Below are positions 20,703 through 20,802 of a DNA stretch of 20,802 nucleotides, one piece after another. The stretch spans positions 138,001 through 158,802 of the forward strand of contig NOWV01000181.1 of assembly GCA_003344405.1 (NCBI GenBank), written 5' to 3'. The position numbers and the translations under genes are program-made. Under the pieces are notes generated by a model, which searched no databases, was not told the DNA's origin, and saw only the letters and a list, made by a program, of their open reading frames with translations. The DNA is from Trichoplax sp. H2 (lineage: Eukaryota). Positions within the stretch are counted from its first letter, which is position 1. Each line of letters begins with the position of its first letter.

Positions 20703-20802
20703 CCATATTATTTATACGTAAATAATAAATATTAATTAAATATAATTGGCCTCCAGTGTATATTTTTAAAATAATGGAGGGCACTTGATTAATATTTATT
20801 AA

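Noticed and set aside
1-20802. Prokaryotic interpretation (operons, defence islands, CRISPR, mobile elements)
   Set aside because: Genes are interrupted by canonical GT-AG introns, with a CDK8 ortholog split across 12 exons. There are microsatellites and AATAAA/TATA-type signals, but no Shine-Dalgarno-led contiguous ORFs and no direct-repeat/spacer arrays. The window is metazoan nuclear DNA.

Overview
Eukaryotic (metazoan) nuclear DNA. It is AT-rich, has spliced genes with GT-AG introns (several GTAAGT donors), microsatellites and satellite-like tandem repeats. There are no prokaryotic features: no operons, CRISPR arrays or rRNA/tRNA genes were recognised. All four gene models are on the + strand. 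(1) A 12-exon ortholog of cyclin-dependent kinase 8 (CDK8/CDK19 family) at 926..~4876. Exons 1-11 align nearly residue for residue with human CDK8; the extent of the last exon is uncertain. (2) Downstream lies a same-strand tandem cluster of three paralogous genes for small type-I CUB-domain proteins. Each starts with a short signal-peptide exon, followed by CUB domains encoded one per exon in intron phase 1-1. The first CUB exon is exactly 345 nt in all three genes. Gene A (7262..9821) is SP-CUB-CUB-TM with a short tail. Gene B (12160..14462) is SP-CUB, a Ser/Thr/Pro-rich stalk with a small Cys motif, and TM with a short tail. Gene C (18963..>=20702) is SP-CUB-CUB-CUB; it runs to the window edge and its 3' end is ambiguous (stop codon versus GT donor). 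The intergenic spacers carry diverged tandem repeats: a unit of about 370 bp twice upstream of gene A, a satellite-like family with a unit of about 200 bp between genes B and C, and a unit of about 200 bp twice upstream of gene C. Simple-sequence repeats occur at the window start, in the CDK8 5' UTR and in its intron 1. The finding most worth follow-up is the lineage-specific tandem array of CUB-only membrane proteins, whose copies differ in domain number through phase-compatible exon gain and loss.
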